A stretch of DNA of 64,000 nt from Eremomyces bilateralis CBS 781.70. Its lineage: Eukaryota. How positions within the stretch are numbered: the stretch's first letter is position 1; each line of letters starts with the position of its first letter. Under the pieces are notes generated by a model. It made no database searches and was not told the DNA's origin. It saw only the letters and a program-made list of their open reading frames with translations. This document shows, in pieces, positions 37,044-48,900 of the stretch. The translations under genes were made by a program, and so were the position numbers. The DNA lies in assembly GCA_010015585.1 (NCBI GenBank), contig ML975149.1; one strand, written 5' to 3'.

Positions 37044-38801
37044 TCATGTACCATAAATTGCTGATGCCATTGCAGGAAACCCCTCCAGAAATGTAGGTGA
37101 GACCGTCCAGTTTTTAAGATTTCGAAGGTGCTTCTCGAAGATGGAGTGTATTCGCTCATCACCATTGGCGTCTTCCACTGCGTCAAGGCTATCGAAGCCC
37201 CAGTTCACAGTGACATGCTCGGTGTAATATTTACCGACAACTTCGTAAGGGTACCGTTCAGGCTCTTCGATTAGCATATCTCGTACTCCAGGCCTTGACA
37301 TCGTCAGCGCCTTTTACAATTGCGTGTCATTTTCATACCATGGAATGTTGGTGATCCAAATAGCATGCGGTACCGTCATCTGTATCGCGGTAGGCCGTAG
37401 CCAGGGCGGCATGTAGAGGTAATCCTTTTTATCGCGCGATATCAGCCACTGAAATTGTGAGTATGTATTGCATGATTCGCACAGTATGAAGTAGGACAAG
37501 CACCATACCCTCATCGTCTGACTCATCACCCAGAAGAAGGTCATCTTCTCCGCCATTTTCGTTGTCAAATACTTCGACAAGATTTCCCCTATGAGCCCAG
37601 CAAGAGCATGAGTGGGATCCCCCGTTTTCGGATTGAGCAGCTTTCGAAGAGTTGGCCTTTGCGGACCAATTACGTCTTGAACAGGCTCACCATTCGCTAT
37701 CATTGCTCTACGAGAGTTCATAAAGTTCAGTAGTATGTCGTCCAAGGGACATACGGGGGACGTAAATGGAGGGGTGACGGTGAAAATGGTAGGACTGGGT
37801 GAGGATTCAGGTCTCCGCTCGGGAATATCGGGTCGATTGATGGTTACTGTGCTGCTGGGGGTCGGAAGTGATACCGGAGGATCGTTTTGAGGCACCTCGC
37901 TCATGGTCCCGTCGAATTCACCACCCAGTGAGAGATGCGAGTCACTTGATCGCACAAGAGAGAGAAGATGGCCAACTGGCGTCGTAGATGTGTGCCCATC
38001 ACTGGCGCTCTGTGATGCATTTGGCGATGGATGGAAGGCCCAACTTCCTCGGCCTACCAGAGTCTCATGAGGACCGGCACTATGTGGATCTGCAACCGGG
38101 GCTCGCTCGCACGCGTTGACGTGCATAGACATAGAATTTGTCCGAGGCTGGATTTCCTGGTGACTTCTCTCATCGTGCATAATGCCCGCTGACAGATGAA
38201 AAGCAGCACCGCCGGCAACAACTGAGTCGGTGACGGTCATACGGCTAGTGTCCTCATCAGGATGCGAAGTTGCCATCTGTAGACCCTGGACTCCAGATGA
38301 AGGAGCAACAATACCATTCTGCTCCAGCCGATCGCGTATAGATTCGATTTCATGCCTGAATTCGGACCCGTAACCATCATTTTGGCTACCTGCGACGTAC
38401 ATTAGTATTGCTAAGAAGATCACCCGATTTGAGAGCGTACCTTCAGAGCGGCTTGTCAAGGCATCTTCGGAGGTCGTCACGCCAAGTGCCGTGGAGGTAG
38501 TATCAAGGATATTCCCGAGGGATTGAGACATAATTCGAACCCGCTCGCGCAGCATGGTTATCTGCTGCTGTAGCTCATTTTCCCTCTGACTGGAAGCCTC
38601 TTGTAGACGAGCGTTCTCTTGCTCCAGGCTGATGATACTGTCTTTCATTCGCTGGCGAAAAGCGTGCTGAGCTTTCCTGTCCACCTGACGTTTGTGTTGA
38701 ACTTGTTCTTCGGTCAGGTTGGCTATCGTTCTCGATCTCTTGTTTGGGTTGGCCAGACGCTCCATGGCTGCTGCATCGCTCGCATCCCGATTTGCAGCCA
38801 T
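37044..38801 (-). CDS. bZIP transcription factor with C-terminal DUF3425 domain
   Basis: Basic region QHKRQVDRKAQHAFRQRMKD followed by a leucine zipper. C-terminal CPLDDIL, MPPWLRPTAIQMTVPHAIWITNIPW(P)GVRD, VTVNW and FEKHLRNLKNWTVSPTF. Confidence 0.88.
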
Positions 38802-39992
38802 TATCGCACCACGGTCTCAAGCAAGAGCCACCGCCGACGTCTACAGCCTGGCGACTGTCATGTATAACTACCGTCCACAGAAGAAGCCATTAGCATCCGG
38901 ATTGTGAGGTTGAGTGCAGCTTTCCGTTGGATGGTCCGTGATTCTGAAATTGCGGGGACGGGGTACCCCACAGCGTGGCCCTGCCGAACGGCTAAGGAAA
39001 CGGGGACCATTCCAACACATCAGGACCAAAGGGCACGAACTGGTCTATGTATAATGAAAGTGGAAAATCATATCCAGCGACAGCGTTGTACCGAATATAC
39101 CCTCTGCGGAGAGCTTCGGGCCTCAATTCAAACTTCGGCCAACACCCACTGGATTTAAGCGGAGACAAGGACTTTGAGATGAGGTCAAAATCGGGGGTTT
39201 CCTCCGCACCGAACTCTCTGGAAGGAGTTTCTCTTCACACTTCAGTCACACTAGACACGCAATTGTGTAGACAGCCACAGCTCCGCATAGAAGAAGTGGA
39301 CAAAAAGGGTTGTTAAGCAAGAAGACGACTGACGATGTAGCCACCATCGGTGGCGAATGATTCAGCAGGCGGGTCCTTAAAGAACGGAAGAGCATGAAGA
39401 TTGATAGACAAGCCCGATCGCAAGGCATTGCTGAATGCCGATACTAGGTATTGGGTCCAACAGAGAGTGCTTGCCGAACGCGGATAACATCTCGGCTCTT
39501 CCAACCCAGTATGCTCGCTACTCAAACGACCTCCATATTACCCCGCACGGCATCATCTACAAGATGCAGATCCTGAGAATAATGTACTATGTATGTAGAG
39601 CATCGAAGATCCGCAGTTCGCATTCCGGCCACCAACTATCCTTCGGGATTTAGAACATTGGCGTTGGGCTGGACTAGCGCGAATGAGGGCCAGCTGGTCC
39701 TTGCCGGCTTGCCCACGCATGAGTAATGTCAATGGCTGGGGCTCGGCGTTTCTGCATGTGATCACTTGCCCTGCGAGGACTGGGGAATCGTCATATCGCT
39801 CCATAGAAAATCCAAAGGAGTGCAGCTACTAGCAACTAGCAAGGAATGGAGAAAGTAAAAGTGTGAGCGACATACTATGTTATTGTTACTATGCTAACAC
39901 GAAGTTATGGTACGTACTCCATGTGAAGATGCGCCAGCAAATACATACCTAGATGCACCAAAAGCCATGTCAGGTCCTTAGGTGCTTTGCAT

Positions 39993-41949
39993 TTAGTTCC
40001 GCAGTTGTACGCAGGCTTCTTGCAACAACAACCCAAGGTCCCGCTCCTTAGCCAGAAACCCCAAGCCTACGGCATAACACACGATGGCAGATTTCGATTG
40101 CAATAACCCAACAATTGATCTCCAGGCGCGTCTCAACCGCCAAAAGCTGTCTCCTCCTTTGAGTTTGAAGTCACTCCACTTGGGGAAGAGAGTCCGTCGC
40201 CAGAATGTAGCCGCGTAACCAGGCCACGAAGCGGAGTTCCTACCGGCTTTGTTGATGTACCAGTTGGAGCATCCAGCCGAGAAGACTGTATCATGAAGCT
40301 CGAGATCAATGCCTTCAACGAAGTAGTCTTCAGCGGCCTTCTCAACCTCCACAGTCCTCGCTCTTCTGTCCAGTAAGGGTTCGAATAGTGTCTTTGCAAG
40401 GTAATCAACTTGAACTTCCGAAGCAAAAATGACTGAATTGTGGGCCGGGAAGGTGTTTGGCCCAAACCTAAAATCGGATCAGCTTTCTTCTAACATATGG
40501 CCATCAATAGGCTCACATCAATGCGAAGTTGGGGAAGTTGTGGATGTGCATGCCCATGTAGGCTTGCGCACCAACGTGTGCATCCCATTGCTTATGCAAA
40601 TCGATACCACTTCTCCCAACAACTTTCAATGGCCCGAGGAAGCTCGAGACTTCGAAGCCTGTGGCGAGGACAATCACATCGAAGTCGTCATGCACACCAG
40701 ACTCGCTAACAACACCAGTTGCGTCAAACTTCTGTATACCTTCAGCACGAAGAGTCATGTTGTGTGTGTGCAAGGCCTCGAGATAGCCGGGATCGAAAAT
40801 TCGCCTCTTGCAGCCTGTACGACTGTTAGCCAATTGTGCCCAGGATGGACCTGCGTAGTGTTCTAAGTACCTAGTGGAAATTTCGGGATGAGAATATCGT
40901 GGTACTTCTTTGGTGCCGTTGCCAAAATGTACTCCCTCGCAGCGCGCTCCGTGGCCTCACGCTGCTTTTGAGAGGCTTCGGAAGCTCCGTACGTTGTCAT
41001 CAAGGCATCACTTGAGCTGAAAATCTGGTACCGATGATACCTCTGCCAGAGGGGGACATAGGTAAAACAGAACTTCTCGATGGCTGAGAACTCGCGATTC
41101 GGTCGTTCATGATACCACTGTTGGCCTCGCGCATATCTGCGTCAAAATTAGACGGATCATCTATATTCATAGGTCATGGACTTACTGAGTAACGTGCTTC
41201 ACGTCTTTGACGACGCTAGGCACTACCTGGGCGGCCGAGCAGCCGTTACCGATAACGGCCATTCGCTTGCCCCTATAATCATACTTCGTGTTCCATCGTG
41301 CGGTATGAAAAATGGTCCCTTGGAATTCATCTTGGCCTGGAAATTTCGTCTTTCTGGGTTCTGATATACTACCAATAGCCGAGATGAAGATAGTCGCCTT
41401 CTTCGTGTACTTCCGCTTTGTTCTCTCGTCCAGAAGATGAACTTCCCATTTGTTTTCCTTCTCATTCCAAGTCGCACCTTCGCATGATGTATTGAAAACC
41501 ATATGGGGCCGCAAGCGAAACTTGTCTACCGTTGATTCCATATCTACGCCCATGGAATCAATCGTGTGAACGATAGGCACAGGCTGGGTCACTTACATTC
41601 AAGAATCTCCTCACGGTCGCAAAGCTCTTTCGACCACCGAGGATTCAAATTGAAACTGAAGGAGTACAAATGGGTGGGAATATCACAACCACTGCGCACA
41701 AGATAAGCCTCAACTGGCGCCTTTGCAGTCAGACAATTGAATACGCACCATCCTGGATAAACATTGGTCCTCCATGTGCCGCCAGGTCCATCCAATTTCT
41801 CATACATCTGGACGCCCATTAGCAGAACTTCTTGCATGAAAGGCTTCACTAACCGTGAAGTTGTCGAATCCCAGCTTCTGCTTCAACTTGTGCGCCATAG
41901 CAATCCCCGACGGCCCGCCGCCGATGATAATCGCGTCAATAGAAGTCAT
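39993..41949 (-). CDS. type I Baeyer-Villiger-type flavin monooxygenase, multi-exon
   Basis: MTSIDAIIIGGGPSG (ATG 41949), GGTWRTNVYPG.GCDIP, BVMO fingerprint FQGTIFHTARW, VIGNGCSAAQ, GCKR, VLATGF and CSNWY. Confidence 0.92.
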
Positions 41950-42528
41950 CTTGAGCTGTTGCAGCACAATCGGTCACTCTCAGACGAATGAAGGATGCTC
42001 ACAGTAAAAGTTTTGGAGTATGGGGTAAACCACGGAGTATACTTGGAAATATAACAACGCATTAGTAGCTCACTAGAGTGGCCACTCTAGACACCATGTT
42101 ATTCGACTGCCATTGCCCATTCCACATCGAGAATACGTCGCCTTGCACAGGGACCAGTCGTCAACGGCTGTACATACTGGGATCCGCAAACATGAGTAAT
42201 GTCTAATGTCTATCATGATTTCGCGCTTGCATACCCATGACTCGTGTGCCCCGGATCTTTGGTTAATACTACCTGGATGGTGCCGATGGCCACTTGCCGA
42301 CTTGCCGTGCATTCCTGTACGGCAGCGGTCTATAACCCGTCCATGGTCTGTTAGACTGTAGACACAGTGGATCAAAATTGCTCTTCAGATGGCAGCGTCA
42401 TGCCACGCCAGGTAGGATATAGAGATGGAGATTGGAGTTAGGATCGTAGAGGTGGAGATTGAAGTTTATTTCTTGAGCCTACTATCCGCTTCATCGTCCA
42501 AATTTACAGGAAAGGGGAAAAATAAAAA

Positions 42529-43722
42529 ATGGCCACAGCGGGGTTGACGCCAGAAGCCGCACCAAGACTCAATTTGCCGAAAGGGGTCGTCTCCTGCACA
42601 ATCGCCGCTATCAATACAACATGCGACTTGACGGTTCCTATCGATACGCTGTGCGAACCATCGATAGACGACCATAACCTACTAAATTTGCCAACGATCG
42701 CTTTTCTGATCACGCATCAGCCCTCTGGGCGGCAGGTGCTCTTCGATCTAGGATGTCGAAAGGATTTCTGGAATCTGCCTCTTCCAATCGCAGAAACTAT
42801 CAAGGCAAAGGTGCCTGGTATCAGAGTTGACAAAAATCTGATCGACGTCTTGGTCGAAGGTGGTAGCGATATCGCAAACATTGAAGCAGCGATACTCAGC
42901 CATCATCACTACGATCATATTGGCCATCCGAGTACATTCCCGAAATCCTTAGATCTTATAGTTGGTCCTGGGTTCTCCGAAGAATTCTTGCCTGGCTACC
43001 CAACAATTACAACATCCCCCTTCTTCGAGAACGATTTCGATCGGAACGTGCGCGAGCTCGACTTCTCGGGCGGACTCATCATCGTCGGCTTCCGCGCCAT
43101 CGACTATTTCGAAGATGGGAGTCTGTATCTCCTGGATTCTCCGGGCCATGCAGTTGGACATATTTCAGCCCTAGTGAGAACCACCGATTCAATAGCAGCT
43201 ATTGACACCTTCGTGTTTCTGGGGGGAGATATCTGCCATTTCGGCGGCTCTTTCAGAGCCACAAGATACCTGCCAATGCCATATATGCTTAGTCCATACG
43301 ATGTGGGACAGAGCCCTGACAAATCGCCGACTCTGTGTTGCACACAGTTCACTGCCTGCCATCCACAGCAGGAAAATGCGAGAACATCGCCATACTACAA
43401 AGTTTGTAGCGGGTCCGACTCGTGGTATGAAAACCCGCCACTTGCACAGCAGAGCATCGAGAAGTTGAAGGTGATTGATGCCGACGATCGGGTTCTCGTC
43501 TTGATCGCTCACGATTTGGCCATGCTGGACGTCATCTCTTTCTTTCCCAAAGGCACGATTAACGATTGGCACAACTTGGGATGGAAACAGAAGCTACGTT
43601 GGCGATTCTTGAATGAGCTTCCCGTGGAAGGAAATGAGCGGAAAGAAGTTCTTGTCAACGGAACATACGTGGATGGGAAGCGTGTGAAGGACTTAGATGG
43701 CAAGTGTATGCAGCATCAATGA
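42529..43722 (+). CDS. metallo-beta-lactamase-fold hydrolase (AHL-lactonase/lactamase-like)
   Basis: LFDLG.RKD, zinc motif SHHHYDHIG, DYFEDGSLYLLDSPGHAVGH, GGDICH and IAHD. Intronless. Confidence 0.9.
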   Translation: MATAGLTPEAAPRLNLPKGVVSCTIAAINTTCDLTVPIDTLCEPSIDDHNLLNLPTIAFLITHQPSGRQVLFDLGCRKDFWNLPLPIAETIKAKVPGIRVDKNLIDVLVEGGSDIANIEAAILSHHHYDHIGHPSTFPKSLDLIVGPGFSEEFLPGYPTITTSPFFENDFDRNVRELDFSGGLIIVGFRAIDYFEDGSLYLLDSPGHAVGHISALVRTTDSIAAIDTFVFLGGDICHFGGSFRATRYLPMPYMLSPYDVGQSPDKSPTLCCTQFTACHPQQENARTSPYYKVCSGSDSWYENPPLAQQSIEKLKVIDADDRVLVLIAHDLAMLDVISFFPKGTINDWHNLGWKQKLRWRFLNELPVEGNERKEVLVNGTYVDGKRVKDLDGKCMQHQ

Positions 43723-44320
43723 GGGGAGTGGACACTCCGTTTGTTTTGCAATGAGTGACTTAGACATATGATAGGGGAGCTTCAATACACCATTTTTGGT
43801 CAAGTTGCGATTTGCCCAGCTGCAAAGCGGTCACGCGACATCTTCGTGTTGAGCCGAGCGATCTTCGCTTATAGAGTGATATGACTGTACAGGAGGGACG
43901 GAAGAAGCTACCTAACAAGTGTTGACCATTGCTGAGATTCGGTGAAGTCTAGGCAAGGACGACTTTAGGAATGAAATAAGAGTTCAATCGGATGTCACTT
44001 GAATCGGGTGGGATTTCCAAAATCCAATTCCGTGCTTTGTAAGGAACATCAACAATCAAGAAATCGGGGTGCACCAATAATTGTGGCCGGATCTAATATA
44101 TCGAGATATGTAAGCGTTGCTAAGCAAGGTTGGACTAGTTTCCTGTCTCCCAGAGTGCTGATCCCTGGATTGATGTCAGTCGACATCTTCATGACCACAC
44201 AATGAGTAATATCAACCGGTCAGGGTCCTGACTAACAAGACTGGCTTGGAGTATTTAAATCAGAGGGGAAGAATTGTATAAAACACAGAGGTGATCTGTA
44301 CGAACGTTGAAATCGCTGGA

Positions 44321-45527
44321 ATGTCAAGTCTGCTTCGCCGATTGCCACAACTAAGAAACCAGTTAACACCTCGATCTCCACCCACCATAATCCTGTCCGC
44401 AAAGATGTCGACACACGATCCAGCCAAGAAGAACATCCTCAACTGGGTCGACCCCAAAGACAAGAGCGGGGAATTCAGGCGCCAACAGTCCCAATTCCGC
44501 GACGTCATCTCCTCCGATCCCAACGCCGCCTTCCCCGCCGAAAAGGACCGGTATCATCTCTATGTCTCGTATGCCTGCCCCTGGGCCCACCGGACCCTCA
44601 TCGTCCGGAAGCTCAAGGGCCTGGAGGAGCTGATCCCGTTCACGGCGGTGCACTGGCACATGGGCGAGCGAGGCTGGCGGTTCGTGACGCCGGACGAGAC
44701 GGTGCCGGGGGAGAACGCGGTGCCAGATCCGCTGCACCCGGAGTACACGCATCTGCGGGACATTTACTTCGAGAATGATAAGGAGTACGGTGGACGGTTC
44801 ACCGTGCCGACCTTGTATGACAAGAAACAGAAGCGGATCGTGAACAACGAGAGCAGCGAGATCATTCGCATGTTCTACCATGCCTTCGACGCGTTGCTGC
44901 CGGAGAAGCACAGGAATCTCGATCTGTTCCCGAAAGCGTTGCAGCAAAAGATTGAGGAGACGAATGATTGGACGTACAACGATATCAACAATGGTGTCTA
45001 CAAGTCCGGGTTTGCGACGTAAGTAACACCTCCGCCAAAACGATTCAGGACACTAATTGTTTGACCAGTTCACAAGAAGCCTACGAGAAGGCGTGCACAC
45101 AGCTGTTCAAGTCTTTGGACCGTGTTGAGGCACATCTCTCCTCATCTCCCGGACCCTACTATTTCGGCACCGAGATCACGGAGGCAGATGTCCGGCTGTA
45201 CACGACAATCGTCCGCTTTGACCCCGTGTACGTCCAGCACTTCAAGTGCAATATCCGCGACATCCGATCGGGATATCCTGCCATTCACGCGTGGCTCCGG
45301 AAGCTGTATTGGGACGTCCCGGCGTTCCGCGAGACGACCCAGTTCGAACACATCAAATATCACTACACGAAGAGCCATAAGCAGATCAATCAATTCGTAT
45401 GTTGGCGCGTTCTAACTGTATGTGGCGCGAAGGCTGACATGACGTGCAGAGCATCACCCCTATAGGACCCCTTCCAGACATTCTTCCGAAGGATCAAGAA
45501 GTGGCGGCAGGAAAGGCATCAAAATGA
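44321..45527 (+). CDS. omega-like glutathione transferase / glutathionyl-hydroquinone reductase (ECM4/YqjG family), 3 exons
   Basis: [63 protein letters not shown] and [10 protein letters not shown]. Introns 45019-45068 and 45397-45449. Confidence 0.95.
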
Positions 45528-45960
45528 GTGAGGTGAATGGGAATCCACGCTTAGTTTCGGAATAATAACGAGTAGTCTTTCATATTGCAAAGTCTTATCA
45601 CGAGTTCACGACCATGTTGAATGAACTACGTAGCGTTATTTCACTACCTATGATTAATATACACATTCCCTCTACTTGGATGTCTCCGCGTAAGGCATTG
45701 CAGGTCATTAGCTCGTAAAGGCGTCACCATCTTCTCGCAAAGCGACTCTAAGCTCGCCTGGAAGCGTGCTGTACCGACCCATAACGCCAAATCATCAAGC
45801 TAGTGGCAACTGCCCCTCCTGCTAGTGGTATTGCCACGCCAAGCCCTAAGGCATGCTGTCGAACGCCAAAGTGAAAAAGTCCTCTATAACCCAACGTATC
45901 GAGCCACCGACCTCAACGAAGGGAAAGTTGTATTAGTAAAGAAAGACATCAGCATCCTGC

Positions 45961-48900
45961 TCACGACGAGAATCTATCCGCATCTTGCATCCACCTGCGC
46001 ACCCCCTCCCGCAAAATGGAGGAGTTGGTAGACACTTTGTGGCGATGACCCGGATTCCCCACCACCTCGGCCTCGACACTCTCGCCCTTTCCTCGCGCCA
46101 TGTCCGCCGCGACGCTCTTGACGATATCTTCGAGAGCATCCATGACGAGCTGCTTGCATTCATAGTTGGTGAAGCCGAGCATGTTGACGCCCGGCCCGAC
46201 GTCCGGCTCGATTCCTGGGACTGCGGTCTCCATTGGAGGGCCGATGTCGATGCCGTTGGATGGAGTGGGCACGGTGGTATCCTCGGACTGACGAGTCTGG
46301 TCTCTGCCGCGGCGAGAGCTCGATCTCGAGGAAGCAAGTGAAAGTGACAAATGTTGCTTGTCCGGCGAGAGTAGCTTCTTAAGGCACCGGGTTAGGATTG
46401 GATCCCGATCCGTCAGATTCTCCTCTGAAAACCTCTCCTCGACCACCGTCTCGCCTAAGTTGGAATATAGTGAGTGTGGTGCATCTGTGTGTGTATTCGG
46501 ACGGAAACCACGGTGAGGCATGCCCCCAAAGCCGATTCCTGGAGTAGGATTCAATGCCGGGGTCACGGGCATGGACAACGGGAATATCTCGGAGAATGAT
46601 GGCTTGACCAGCCGCTTCAACGTGAGTTTACGCACGGTAAATGTGGCCGTATCTGCAATGATCGTCGAGCAAACATTGACCCACCGCTCATGTGGCTTGA
46701 CTTCGGCGGGATCGGGAGTATTCGATGGGCTAGTACAGGGAAGGCTGTTGGTTGGAGTAGGCTCGGCTCTCATGGTGTTGCGGATGTCTTTCTCGAGATC
46801 GGAGTATGGCAACACCGATTGCAGCTCGAAGTCCGGGTGGAATTTCTTGAGCCATCCAGCGACGTTTACTGCGTTGATATCCTTGCTGTGAAGACATGGG
46901 TTCATCGATGGGAAGGTACCTAGTTGACTGCCTGATCCGAACGAGCCAGGATCCACGCAATCAGACCCTCCAGCACTTGAAGATGAATTGAAACCGGGGA
47001 GGAAAGGAGACTGGGCTGGTGAGGCCAACCCGAAGCCCGTTTCGAGTGTCGAGTCGAAGAATGGTATCTCGACGTCGATAACACCATCAGTCTCATTGAC
47101 GGACATCTTCAGGGGCGAATAAGAGCTTTGAGAGCGCTTGCGCTCTGGTATCGCACGAGCCGCCGACGTTGCGGATGTCCCGGTGGTTGCTGTCGCCGAC
47201 ACGTTTGAAGTTGTATCCGAAGTGGCAATGCGTTGTTCCGGCGAGTCTTGTTCTGGGTCGAGGGCCGAAACATCCGGAGATAGAGCGCCAACCGAATCTT
47301 GCAGATCTTCGGGATACAGATCGCGATCAACGCCGGACAGCTGTTCGACCATACGTTCAAGCTCGTTTGGTTGGCGGTACGCGCTCCGGTTCGCCGTGGA
47401 AATTCCGAGGCCTTCGTCCGGTGTGTGCATGATGTCGCCGTAATCCGTAGAAGAGTCTTGACGGGTTCCGAGACTCCACAAGCTTTTGAAACTGCCCCAT
47501 CGGCTTGCGGATTGGGACTCGTTGCTTTCATGGGCTGAGGTGGACCGATTGAGGTTGCTCATCAGATTCGCAGATGCGAGGCTACTACTGCTACCAGGGC
47601 GAGGCAAAATGGAGGTTGCAGAGGGAGTACGTGGCATAGCGAAACGGACAGGGGTAGAAGAGGTCGGAGTAACCGTCGATGGTGTGGCAGCGCCGCTCTT
47701 TCGGACGGATGGATCGACATCAGCCGCTAGAGATAACTTAGGCAGGATTGGTCGTCCCTCCGACGCTGGACGGGATCCTGTCTCGTGAGCTGCCTCCCGG
47801 TCGTTGACCTTTGCAGGACTCCGTTCGTCAAGGGTATCTATGGTGGAGGTGCTATTGTTCCGTCCTCCAACCTGCTGCGGAGCCATGGAGGATGCACTCT
47901 TTCCTCTTCGATTGATCGTTCGCCGAAGGGATTCATTGCGGGAGAGTCCTACATTCATAGGCGGGGACTGAGAGTATGCTCGGAAAGATGCGGACGTCGC
48001 CGGCCGACGCGGTGAGAACGCACCAGTTGGTTTGGGAGACGATGGCAGAAACTCAGAAAGAAAGAACACTAACCGCCGAGCTGCGATGGCATTGTTTGAC
48101 ACGATAACGGTTCTTGACGCGATGTCCTGGCTGTCTCCAGTTGAACGTCGTCGCTCCCAGTGCTTCTTGCGGTACTGCTTCGGACCTAGCGTATCAAGCC
48201 ACTCTGTGTGACTTCCAAGGAACGAAGTTAAAAACGTTGCGAGGAAGTCATCTTTCGACCCGTTGAGGTTACTAAGCCACTTGGCCTCCTCTCGCCACAG
48301 CGCCCATTTCCCTTGGCCGGTCCGTACTCGAGGGATTATCATGCCTCGAACGATTCTCTCACCGGCAGACGTTGCAGCCCTTTTCAAGTCGTCGTCGAAG
48401 GCAAGGGTATAAGGCTTGAGGTAGACTCGTCTACGATATCGTGTGTTTGTAGATTGAGGTCCATTCGGGCTGGGCGAGCCAACATCCACCGCCCTTAGTC
48501 TTGCTACGATTTTCTCTGCAGCAAGTTCGTGCAACGTAGCTAGACTCCTCACGATGACATCCCAGTGCCTTCCAACCAGGTCCACATTGTCATCCACATC
48601 ACTCCCGAATGGCGACGAGAAGGAGTCGGAGCCGTAGATCGGGTCAACGAGCATCCACCCAGCTCTCCTGTCGGAGTCGAATGAAGAAGGTAATGATTCG
48701 GGACCAGGGGCAGAGGTTGGCCATTTGGCGTTCCATCGAGTTGCGGAACGACTCGCCAGAGATTGCGCCACCGGCAATTGGATAGCGATGCATACACCGT
48801 ACATCGGGGTTCTGGTCGTATTTCCGGCTATCGAACTCCTCCTGCTAGAAGCAGCTCTTGCGTTCATTGTAGGGAATGGAAATTCATGTGTTTTTCCGAG

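Noticed and set aside
14500..44000. Starship giant element carrying the cluster
   Set aside because: No DUF3435 tyrosine-recombinase captain or recognisable boundary repeats seen in the window.
24695..45527. Biosynthetic secondary-metabolite cluster
   Set aside because: No PKS, NRPS, terpene cyclase or prenyltransferase is present and both flanks are visible. A tailoring role for a distant backbone gene cannot be fully excluded.
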